From the human T2T-CHM13v2.0 reference genome, Homo sapiens: a DNA stretch of 64,000 nt. Below the pieces are notes generated by a model that saw only the letters and a list, made by a program, of their open reading frames with translations, made no database searches and was not told where the DNA came from. The DNA lies in the NCBI RefSeq assembly GCF_009914755.1, contig NC_060927.1; one strand, given 5' to 3'. This document shows, piece by piece, positions 39,305 through 50,243 of the stretch; position 1 is the first letter of the stretch; every line of letters starts with the position of its first letter. The translations under genes and the position numbers were made by a program.

Positions 39305-42111
39305 GAGGAAGAGAAACATCACATTATTTATTTCCAAAGAAAATAGCCAAATGCAGCGCCATGTACACAAAAGCCTTTGGAGGGAAAAGGAATCACAGAT
39401 TTAATATCATTTACATTTATATATTTACAAGATCAAGCCATGGCTTTCAACTTTGTTGTTCATTCAACAATCACTTTCAGTCAAACAACTTTTATTTTCA
39501 AGTTAGTTCATAATTTAACTGACACTAAAGAGACAGATGATAAATCACAAACAGTGTGGGTAGAGAGGGTACAAATAGTCTAAAGATTTCAGCCAGGCTT
39601 TTGTGTATATGTGAATTATGATTACAAAATGTTTGCCTGTCTGTATAATTCACATTCATTGCAATTATTACATTTTCTCATAAATTAGCAATATAAACAA
39701 ACATATGGAGACCTTCAGTTAACAAATAAAATCAATATCAGGAAGAACATTTTGCAGCAACTATAATAACAGCATGGGTTACAGCTTGGAAAAACTTCTT
39801 TACAAGCCATTTATTCAGCACACACAGAGTAGGGGGACCAGCACATCCTTATTTATTTAAACCACCTTTAAAACCACCACAGGAGTTTTGGGGAAACCTG
39901 AACTGGGTGAAAGTTTCTTTGCTGGGCACAATATAAAATGAACAACTTCACACGTGAATGAAGGGAAGGATGGGCATTTACATGCATTTTCGATCACTGT
40001 GTTGTAGACCAAACCTTCTAAACTTCAATTGCCAAGATTCTGAAGGAAACAGGAAATTAATAAAATATCTCTCTCCTTCAGCTATTCTCCTTCTTATTAA
40101 CGGCAGAAAGGGCTTGTTGATTGCTGCTAGTGAGAAGAAACACACAATGGGTCTATTTTTAGCAGAGGTGGCTTTGAAGGAGCAGGAGATATTAACAATT
40201 GCTTGGCTGCATTCTTAAGTTCCAAGGATCCTGGGCAAGAATATTAGGAGCCTGAGGGGTACCCAAAGGAAACCCATCTATGTGACCCAACTTGGGCTGA
40301 TTGAATGCAAACCAGAGCAGAAAGAAGCAGAAACACAATTATGGACTTAGGGTATGTATTCTGCTTGCACCCTCTCTGCATTCTTTTCCTCATGTCCCAA
40401 AGCTTGTCCCGAGGGCCCCCCAACTTCTGCATACTTCACCAGACCAGGCCCTGACCCTGATGTCTAGGCATTGCTTTTGTTTATCCCTTAGCAAGACTTA
40501 GACCTAAAGTTATGTATTGATGCAGTGTGTGGATATTGTTTTAAAAGAAGTTTGATTTTTATCTCTTTAGAAACGGTTTGAAACTAACGGGGCAGAGGGA
40601 GTTTGACAGAGAGGAGAACAAATCGCTGACAAAGAACCTTTTACGTTTCATCAGCGTTGTTAGGACGACAAGCAGGAATGTCTCAGATAATAACTCCCAC
40701 TTCAAAGATTTCTCAGCTCAATAGAAAGCGGACCATCCTTTTTATTCAACCACAAGGACTGGCACTAAAGAAGACTCCACTGTTTGATTTTTTTTTTCAC
40801 TGTGTTTATTTTTCCCCTATTCACTGGGGTACTTGGATAAAATAAACAACAAGACAATTAAGGGAACATGGACTTCTAACTTTCCTGCCATCTTCCCCAC
40901 ATCCCCTTGGCCTTGGGCTCTTGAGTTTGCATCTAGGACTAGTCCAGGCCTAAGGGTACCACACACCCTGCCTTAGAAAGAAACAAGTTTCAGGGGCCGC
41001 AAGAGACTTTTGGGATGGAAAGGAAGAAGAGTGGCACGGAAAGCCAGAGTGGAAATTCCCAAGGGCACAGTCTGAACTCCTCAGACTCCCCCAGGGTGGC
41101 TCCCTTCCCCCCAAGTCGCCATTAAATTTAAGCCTCCATCCTACTCAAGAGTCAGAAAGGCGATTTGCACAAAACTGAGCTTGGAATGCTCATTTGTTAA
41201 GCTTCGGAGGCTGCTTTAAAATCTTTCACTCCTGATCCTGGAGCCTCTTTGGGGCGCAGTCAAGATGCACAGAGTCCTTGTGCTCCTCCCTTTCCTGAAA
41301 GTGTCCCCTGCGCCAAAGCCTCCCACATCAGGGTGCAGAGTGAACCCCTAAACGTGGGCAAGTCGGGTTCTAGAAAGGAAGTATATACTGGAGAGCGCAG
41401 TGACAGTATTAAATGGCGTGAAAGCAAAGGTCAGCGCAAATGTATCTTAATAGAGTGTCTGTAGTGAAGTGTGCCGCCTTTGAAGCGGCCGCTCCCCGCG
41501 CGTATTTCCATGGCGAGCCTAACGCGGCATGCTGATGCACCGTCAAACTCACACTTTCAACCCCAAAACCCGACTCTTTGAACAACCCGAGCTTGATTAG
41601 ACCTTTCTCCTTTTCTTTCCCCTCTTACAAACCATTTCCTCGCCTTTAGAAACTCGCCATCAAACCCAAACGCGCCCTCTGATCACCGCAGAAAGCAGAA
41701 ACAAAGGGGGCTGAGCGGCGATTCAAGCGGCTCTTTTCTTCCTTCACATTATTATCCATTTTTATTATGATCGGGTACAAGTGCCCATTCGCGTGGGTTT
41801 TGTTTACCGGAAATTAAATGAAAATGATTTAGTCCGCGTCAAACAAAAATATATACTTGTATACACAAGAAAAAAGGTCTGTTAGACGTAAATATTATGT
41901 CCTTAATGAAAAGCCTGGACGGGCTCCAGGCTTGGCCTTTCAGGATTTCAGTGCGACTTGCACATTGCCATAGAAATCCTAACTTACCATGAAGATGCAC
42001 CGTGGCGAAGAAACACTGCTTTGTGCGCGGGCCCTTTGATGTAGCAGGCGCGAGATGCGGGGCGCTCAGCTGCGCGGAGCGAGATTACCTTGCGAGCAAC
42101 GCGGTGGACAT
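39305..42111 (-). other. ZIC4: ZIC4 last exon (last base of the TGA stop plus ~2.8 kb 3'UTR)
   Basis: Acceptor TTTGCTTGTTACAG|A at 42111 completes TG+A. AU-rich distal region with AATAAA (plus-strand TTTATT 39327-39332). 3' end approximate. Confidence 0.85.
39327..39332 (-). terminator. ZIC4 polyadenylation signal AATAAA (distal; a more proximal candidate at 39491-39496)
   Basis: TTTATT on the plus strand at the end of the AU-rich UTR, followed on the minus strand by a GU/U-rich tract. Confidence 0.65.
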
Positions 42112-43949
42112 CTGTAACAAGCAAATGAAAAATTAAAGGCGATTAGTGGCCGACCAAACATTTTGTTTTATTTCATTATTTTAGATTGAGATAGAAAGCA
42201 AAATGGGGAGCTTAGAAACAGAAGACAAAGAAAAAAGTCCTACTTCAGGAAGGGGGACTTTTTAAACATTGGCAGAAGCAGCAAGTTCCGCAAATGCCCT
42301 CTGCACCTTAGTGGTGGGGTTGGTGTTTCACTATGGGAAGGAGTTGTTTGTTGCCGACTGCCCGCGCTGGGTCAGGCAGCCTCTGGGCCCTATTGTATTA
42401 GGTGTAGGCAGGAATTTCAGTCCCCCTTTCTCAAGGACGGATTCACTAAAGGTGTATTTGGAAGACTGCATTTTTTATTTGGAGTCATGAAAATAGTTCC
42501 ACTCCAGTTAGGATGTTATTTCATCTGATGAAAGTTGTGGGGGCTGCGGGCAGGAGTGCTAATTGTCTAATTGCGTCTGAAGAGGATAGAGCAGAAGAAA
42601 ATTCATCAGTGGCAGGGCCAGGAATTGTTTGCTGGGCTCAGATTTTAAAATTGAGGTCTTTTGTGGGGCCCTCCCCAGAGAGAAAACCTACCTCCCTCCC
42701 CAATACACACACACTGATTTTCAAATTCTTAGGGAACTGAGATGAGTCTGCCAAAGCTTTATTATTTTATTTTCCTTTACTTCTTCAAGTCTTAGCTAGG
42801 ATTTTGGGGCAGCCGCATTCTCCCTGCAGATGGGGGGAGGGGGGAAAAAGGACCTGATTTTTTTCCCTTTGGCCGCAATTGCAAAGGCCTTTCTCGCCCC
42901 CTCCTTCAACATCTGGTTCTTTTTTTCTGGGGACTTCATACGCAGCATATCAAATACACATTCAATCTAGACCCACTGGGTGTTTGCCTTTACAATATTT
43001 ATTATTGTGGATCATTTCTCTAGTTCCTCCTACACCTTTTTAAAAATAAGACGAACATTGTGCAATTACTAACAAAGACCATCACCGAATTGACGCAATT
43101 CACCCAGACACGGCCGCCTAGGTCAGGTCTCTCCACTTTAGAGGCTTCGACTCAGTGACGTCATCAGCTCGCTCTACACCCGGAGCCCAAGCACCTACAA
43201 GACTACACAGGCAACGCCTCTACAGGGGTTGGGGTGGGAAAAAGGCCCGGGGAGGCCTCACAGCATTGAATCCTGAAGCCTCTCTGGTGTTCCTTTGTCT
43301 GTATTTCTTGTTGTTTTGAATTCACTCCCTACTCCAAGTATACAATGTATATTGAGTCTGTGGACGACAGGCAGATGTTTATCTGTGTGCCCAGGCCACT
43401 CCATAGGGGTGGAAGCGTCTAACCACCACCCACCCACCCCCTGCTGAAAAGACGATGAATCTCCCTTACCTCCTTTATAGAGGAGGTTGGAAAAATTAGG
43501 ACTTGTGTGTTTTTTGTTTCAAAGGATACCTAGGGAAGGGGAAACCATAGGAAGGCAAAGAGGAAAGAAACTGGAGTCAAGAAAACGGCTCTGGAATTCC
43601 CTTTGCCCCCTTCCCTTGATCTGAACTTCTGAGGTTGGAATTAATGTGGGGGAGGGGAGGGTTAGAGTGGGGGTGGGAGCGGCCCAGTCCTCGAGAAAAA
43701 TATTTCCCATTCTGCGAAGCATGCGGGAAATCTGTGGCTTTACTTTTGTCATCTGCAGTTGACAGGATTGCACATAAATTCTCCAACTTTTTTTTCCATC
43801 TCCCTGTCTCTTTTCGCCCCTAACCCTGGTTTTATGATACCCAGTCATGAAGGCGCGTGTGGGGGTGATGGTGCTGATTGTGACTACAGAATAAATAGGG
43901 GGACCATATTTATCTTCTAAAATAATGGACATTATATTAGCGTATTCAG

Positions 43950-46900
43950 TGAGCTCCAGCAACTATTACAGGTGGCCGGCCGGCCTTCCTTCCTTCCGCC
44001 CTCGCCCTCTTCATGCCTCAGAAACGTGGCCTACTCTGCATTCGGTGTGTGCGGAAGCAGCAATCACAGAGGCAGCCCTAATACCGGAGGCGGCGGCGGC
44101 AGCAGCAGGGCCAGGTGGTAGCTCGGGGCTGAGGATCGCGGCGGGGGCAGCCGCTATGGGGCCCAAGCCCTGACACACGTACCATTCGCTCAAGTCGGCG
44201 GTACGCGCCGCCACCGCCGCCGAGGAGGCCACCTGGGACTTGTGGCCGCAGTCCGACGAGGGCGACACGAGGGCAGACGGTGTAGCCGAATCGTAGCCAG
44301 AGCTGGGCGGCGGCGAGCGCCCGTGCACCTTCATGTGCTTACGCAGCGAGCTGGGGTGCGTGTAGCACTTGTCGCAGCCCCGCACCTTGCACGTGTATGG
44401 CTTGTCGCTAGTGTGCACGTGCGAATGCTTCTTACGGTCGCTGCTGTTGGCGAAGCGCCGCTCGCAGCCCTCGAACTCGCATCTGAAGGGCTTCTCGCCT
44501 GGCGGAGGCAACGCAGAGACATTAGTGCTTGTGGGTCGTGTTCCCGTCAGGTGCTTGCCACCCTCCCCCATTCGTCTCTCATTTTCTGGAAAAGAACTAC
44601 AAAATATTTTCAGAAATCCCTTTCCACGGCGCCTCAGGTCGAGCACCCCTTTCCCTCGTGCAGAGAGCGCCCCCGGTGCCCTCTCTTGAACGCCTCCATC
44701 CCTCCCGCCTTCCTCCTCTGGGCTCATGGGGAGGGTATGGAGGAGGAGCGACAGTGACTCCATCTTAGTCGAGTTTCCATCCTCGAAAATCCTGATCCAC
44801 TCGGGTTGTTTCCTCCAAATTTTCTCCACTTGGAACCAGAAGCACCTCTGCTCGGAAATACATTAACGGAGGAGCTCACAATATAGTTAACGGGGAAGCT
44901 CACATCTGCTCGATTTAAAGTTGCTGTTTCAGACTAACTTCTCTGCCGCTACCCCGCCCAGCCGTTCATCCCCCCCACCCACCCCCATCCTGGCCCAAAT
45001 TGTTTCCTAAAGTAGGTTTTGCGCAAACGCCAAAGCGATGAAATAATTTAAGGATGCGCAGCCGATGCACATTGTGTGTGCATAAAGTGGATTCGTGCTG
45101 CAGGGAGAGGTATTCTGAGCAATGATTCACTTCAGAAGAGATTTTTACAGGAATGGAGCCCCCTCCCTCTTTCCTTCTACCCCCTGAGGGCAAACATTTA
45201 GCAGCATTCTTCAAATCTTGCCTAAACCTTCCGGGATCCCTCCAGATACGCTCGCCAGTAATAATATTTCATTACGCTGCTCCAGAGGCTTCCTGGAGAC
45301 CGTGCTGTGGGCAGCTGGCCCTCCCAGTCCGCACTGACTTGCGATGTCGACCGGTCTGCCCAGACCACCCCCACCTGGCTGTCGGGCCTCTCGGTCCTAA
45401 GACGAGGGGTTGGCGCGGTAGGGTCCGCACAGGCCAAATGGGATCCGAGGTGTCTACCGCAACCACGCCCTTGAGCGCTGCGGCTTCGGGAAGAAAACAG
45501 CTGCTGCTGTCAGGCCAGGCCTGGCTCCGCAGCCCGGAGGGCCACCAGGCGGCTGGCATAGGCCGGGGAGGGGCTGGGATCGGTGGCTGCGATGCCCTGT
45601 AGAGCCGAGGGAAGGCGCGAGTGCACGTTAGAGTGACAATATTGGCCGGACCGAGCCCCAATCGGGGAGCTCACGGCCAGCTGAATTCGCTGACGTGTAG
45701 GAGAGGAAAGGACCCCGAGAACCCGGAAGCCTAGATTCCTGCCGGAGCTGCAAGTGCTGCGGAAATGGGGGAAGAAGGTTTCTGGGCGCTTTAAACAAAT
45801 GGCTGCCTCCCAGCGCTCTGAGTTAAGGGACCGGCTACCTAGCGTCTAGCTGAGGAGGAAGACGCGCAGCTGGAGAACTGTTGCCTTTGTAGTTGCTTCT
45901 CCCGCCGCATCCAGGAAAAACAGGCGCTTTGGGGCTGGTTAGAACAAACAAAGCCCCAATTCCCGAGCCCTGTTGAGGCTCGGACAGAGAGGTTTGCGCA
46001 CAACCTGCGCTTCTGCGCAATCAGCGGCTCCTGAGCCCGGGTCTCCGGCACCACCTGGTCGCTGGATTCCCACCCTACAGGAGCACAGCTAGTACACTGA
46101 ACAGTCTGGAAGGTGTTGGCACCTGCCATTTCGCGGGACACTGGCACCATTTTATAAAACAGTGATAGAAAGATGCGGAATAAATCAGTGTTCCTATTTG
46201 CCCCCATTTTTATCTCCTCTGATTCCTGCCAGCATTTGCAAACCCAAAACTTTCTTCCTTCTTCTCTTTCAAAAAAAAAAAAAAAATTACAAAAAACATA
46301 CAATTCAGGGCCTGCAAAAGAACCAAGGTTATTTTGAGAAAACAGAGGTGAAATGGAATTAGAATTTGGTGCCCCTCCCCAACAACCCCCACCCCCAACA
46401 AAAATCCCGCCAAACGCTTATCCGATCTCGTGAGCGCCTCACTGGACATTCACGTAAAACAAAAACAATTATTTCGCTCCAGACGAGGAGCAGAGGAGAA
46501 AACAGCAGTGCACTGAGTGATACCGGCAGCCGGGAAGTTCGCAGGCCCCTAGGAGGCCAGGTGAGGCCGCGCCCCAGCTTGCTCCGGAGCTGCAGGAGGC
46601 GCCCTGGTCTCTGCGCTTGACATCACCCCCGCCCCCCGCCAACACCCGGCCTCCAGTCCTTCCCCCTCCCTCCAGCTCCCTGCACTGCGCCCTGGGTGGG
46701 TGGGTGAATGTGAAGAGGCGGCGTTGGGCTAGGCCCCTGCAGCCCGCTCGGAGCGTCCTAGGCCCGGGGCTGCGCTGTGAAAGACCCAGATTCTCATCCC
46801 AGAGGCCCAGCAGTCCTGAAAGGCCTCCTCTCCGACCCTGAGCCGGGTCCGCCGAACAAAGTTCGGAAGCTCGGGCTAGCTGGGCCAGCGCCATTTTCTC

Positions 46901-47200
46901 GCACTTGTGGCTGGATCTGGTTGTCCCGGCGACTGCGCCCCGGCGCGGTCTCTTTTCCTCTACCTCGGATCCCCAGCACTGACTCGCCCTCAGACGCCGG
47001 GGAAGGTGTGGTGAGCTCCCGGCCCCGGCCGAGGGGTCCCTGGAGAGGAGCTGGGTGGCGGTGGCCAGGCCGAGCGCGGTTGCTGGCCCGCGCCTCCCTC
47101 CCCGAGGCACCATTGTTCCGGGATCGCTGTGACCGCCACAAAGTGAATCCTTTCGGTGCGGACAGTCGCCTTCAAAGCCAGGCCCCGGATTCAGGTCAGG
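43950..47200. promoter_or_regulatory. Intragenic CpG islands over ZIC4 exon 4 / intron 3
   Basis: High GC and CpG density by inspection; boundaries approximate. Confidence 0.75.
44183..44498 (-). CDS. ZIC4: ZIC4 exon 4 (C2H2 fingers 4-5 and C-terminus)
   Basis: Acceptor CCGCCAG|GC, donor GAATG|GTACGT, 316 nt. Encodes [59 protein letters not shown]...TADLSE. Exon sum 70+618+316+1=1005 nt=334 aa+stop. Confidence 0.97.
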
Positions 47201-47363
47201 GAGAATCTCAGCTCCTGAGAAATTTGCTCCTGTTTGCCGCTTCTGCTACTCGAGGAAATGAAACGCCATTAATATTTGAAAAGGCAATTATTTTCCTGTT
47301 GAATCGAGAACTGTCTTCATGAATAATTTGTAGTGAGGTCTATTGCCATTTGAGAAATATTTT

Positions 47364-47369
<6 letters not shown>

Positions 47370-47400
<31 letters not shown>

Positions 47401-47408
47401 TCTCTCTT
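47370..47408. repeat. (CT)n microsatellite
   Basis: Dinucleotide run with one interruption. Confidence 0.9.
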
Positions 47409-49104
47409 CTTTTTATGACTAGGAGGGGGATTTGAGGGAAATGCCCGAGCAGGCCAGACTCTGTAGTTCGTTGTTGGTCGTGTTTGTTTGTTTGTTTGTT
47501 TTTGTTTGTTGTTTCCCCCACCCCCCACCGCTAATGAATCAGGACCGCGAACCGAAAGAACGCACAAAATTCTGTCCTGAAAACACGAAAACCTGAGCCA
47601 GCCGTGGCGCACTGAACTTGCTTCTCTGCTGTAGGTCGACTGTGCTAAGAATTTAACCATTTTCTGCTTCACAGAATTCAAACAGTGGGCCGGCAAAGAG
47701 CTGTAAAAGTTTGTTTGTTTAAAAAAAAAAAAAAAAAAAACCCTGTCATTAAAGATGAGTTCCTTCTCCAGCTCAGGACTGCGAGTCTACCTTCCGGGTG
47801 TCCGCCGCCAGCTCCCGGAGTAGCAGGCCTGGGGCCAGGATTCCAGTGTGACCTACCGCCCCTTCCCGAAGCTAAAACCTCTGGTGAGGGGGTGAGATCC
47901 ATGCGACATTGTGGGAAACCCTGAAAAGAACTCAGGGAAACCGTACACTTCCAGACAAGCTTTAGAAATAAAGTGCCAGGCTCCAAGTGGACTTTGGTCT
48001 GGTCTCCGCATGTGCCAGTGTCCGGGCCATGGACCTTCCCCGGGAAGGGAGAGTTTGGGGAGAAGATAGGCGTTAGAACAACTAGCCTTAGGAAGTTCTT
48101 TGACTCCAACAATTGTCGATGTTCCAGCAAGAATAGGGGCGAGTAAGGCAAGGCACCGGGCAGTAGGAGAAGTGGGGCACCAAGCTGGAATTCATTTTAT
48201 TTTCTCCTGTCCCCACCAGTCCCCTTCTCCCGCCCCCAAAATGGGGGAGGGGAGAAGATGTTGATTTCTTAAACTTCCAGGGAGGAGGAGCGAGAAAACC
48301 CTAACTAAGGAGAGTACAAACAATGGCTGCTAAACTAATTAATGTAACTTCACAGGCTGTTCTGGAAGTGTGAAAACTTTCTCCTTGCAGTTGTATTAAT
48401 TAGAGATGCTCTGGCCAGAGGAGTTCAATTTTGCAGGCTCTTGAACGATACTCCTTTTTTTCTGTTAACTAGAAGTAGCAGATGTAGTTGACACATGTCC
48501 CCATTTCCCTTAGCAGCTTGGTAAATGATATTTAAGGTGGATAGGTCTGTGCTAAAGCGAAAGTGAGGGTCCACCAAACATCCCTAGTGTCCGGCCACCA
48601 AGGCTCAAAAATACGTACAAAGTTAGCCCATTCGACCCCCAACTCCTAAAGAAGGCTCCAGGGCCTGGTAACCTCTCAGTCCAGGTGGGCCAGGTTATCA
48701 GGACTACAGGTGGAAGAGTTCTGCTGCGCAATTCCAAAGGGACAAGGAAAAAAGTTAGACAGCTGTTCTTATGTCTTTACGACTTTGGGGAACAATGCTG
48801 TTTTAAAATATCTTAAAATCAAACTCTTAAGCAGAGAGCACATGTTTGCACACACAGGGTCTTAGGCACGTTCACCCTTGTCCCCCCCAGAACAGAAATC
48901 CCGCACTATCCTCCCTACACACAGCCTCCGGAAACTTCTGTGATTCTAAGAATAGAAGCGCATAATTAATATTTTATGGCCTTGGCTCATGGAAACAACC
49001 CCAAAATATTTCCCCCTCCCCTCAGTTGGGACTTGAGGAAATCCAGACCCGAGGGCCTGCTTCCCCAGAGGGTCCGCACGCGACAGACAGCGCCGAATAC
49101 TGAC

Positions 49105-49722
49105 CTGTGTGAGTTCGTTTGTGTATTTTGAGATTTTCTGATCTAGCAAAGACCTTCCCACACCCCGGGAAAGGACAAGGGAAGGGCTTCTCGCCCGTGT
49201 GCACGCGGATGTGATTTACAAGTTTGTATTTGGCTTTGAAGGGCTTTCCCTGGCGCGGACACTCCTCCCAGAAGCAAATGTGGTTGGCCTGTTCCGGGCC
49301 GCCGACGTGCTCCACGGTGACGTGCGTGACCAGCTCGTGCATGGTGCTGAAAGTTTTGGAGCAGAGGCTCGGGGTCGCGGTGCCGTCGGCCGCCAGCCAC
49401 TTGCAGATGAGCTCCTGTTTGATGGGCTGGCGCATGTAGCGGAAGAAAGCGCCAGGACCGTGGGGCGCAGCGAGGTTCACCGTCAGGTTCATGCCCCCGT
49501 AGCCATGCAGGGCTGCGGCAGCTGCCAGGGCGTCGCTGCGGGCCGCAGGCCCTGGCGGGAAGGGCTCCGGCCGCGCGTACATGTCTCCAGGGAGCCCCAG
49601 ACGCAGGAGTCCATTCAAAGGACGGCTGGGGGAGGCCTGGGGAGGCTCCTCGTGGAGGCCCGGGAACACCGAGGGGCTGGAGGCGGCGGTGAGCTGGGGG
49701 CCATGGTGTCCAGAGCTGCTAC
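49105..49722 (-). CDS. ZIC4: ZIC4 exon 3 (ZF-NC motif and C2H2 fingers 1-3)
   Basis: Acceptor ACAACAG|GT, donor ACAG|GTCAGT, 618 nt. Encodes [19 protein letters not shown]...[59 protein letters not shown], diagnostic of Zic/opa. Confidence 0.98.
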
Positions 49723-50243
49723 CTGTTGTCGAAACAAATAGCGCGCATGAGAACGGGTGGCGTGGGCTGCGCGCTCTTCCCTGGGCCCCGGGGGGCAGGC
49801 CCAGCCCTGCCGCACTACGGCCTCTGCAGTCAGCCGTGGAACTCAGAGCCAGACAGCGCCAGCAGTGAACCCGGTGGACAGAGCAAGGCCAAACACCTCC
49901 GCCGCCATTGGGCCGAATTGCTGTTGGGCCAAGTCCCCCGCCGCGCCATGAGCTAGAGAGGGATGGTAGCGGCAGAGTAGATGTAAGGGGTAATGGAAGG
50001 CGCAGGGCTGAGTCTGTGGGTTGCTGGGGGTTCTGCTCCAGAGGGGTAGGAGCTGAGCCCCAAGCGCACTTTGGCGGCTAACACCCCGGGGCTCTCCGGG
50101 GCACGATGCCCTGCGGGGAGTGGAGGTGACAGAAATGATGATGTTGGAGGTGGTGGTGGTTCTGAAGCGCCCCAGCCATATATATTTTCAGTGCCCCGCT
50201 TGGCTAGGAGAGGGCGGCCGGCTGCTTGCCGACCCACGCTCCC
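49723..50243 (-). pseudogene. Decayed (frameshifted) ancestral Zic4 N-terminal coding sequence inside ZIC4 intron 2
   Basis: Switching frames on the minus strand gives GSVG..RPLLAKRG / LKIYMAGALQNHHHLQHHHFCHLHSPQGIV / [22 protein letters not shown] / HYP..QQFGP / [17 protein letters not shown]. The last segment is in frame with exon 3. The order matches my recollection of non-mammalian Zic4 N-termini. Confidence 0.6.

Noticed and set aside
46469-47322. Overlapping 181-214 aa ORFs in ZIC4 intron 3
   Set aside because: CpG-island ORFs on both strands with Arg/Gly/Pro bias and no homology.
49022-49104. Extension of the 215-aa ORF past HTG (GQYSALS..)
   Set aside because: Intron sequence beyond the canonical donor at 49105; the finger array continues in exon 4 and the extension shows no Zic similarity.
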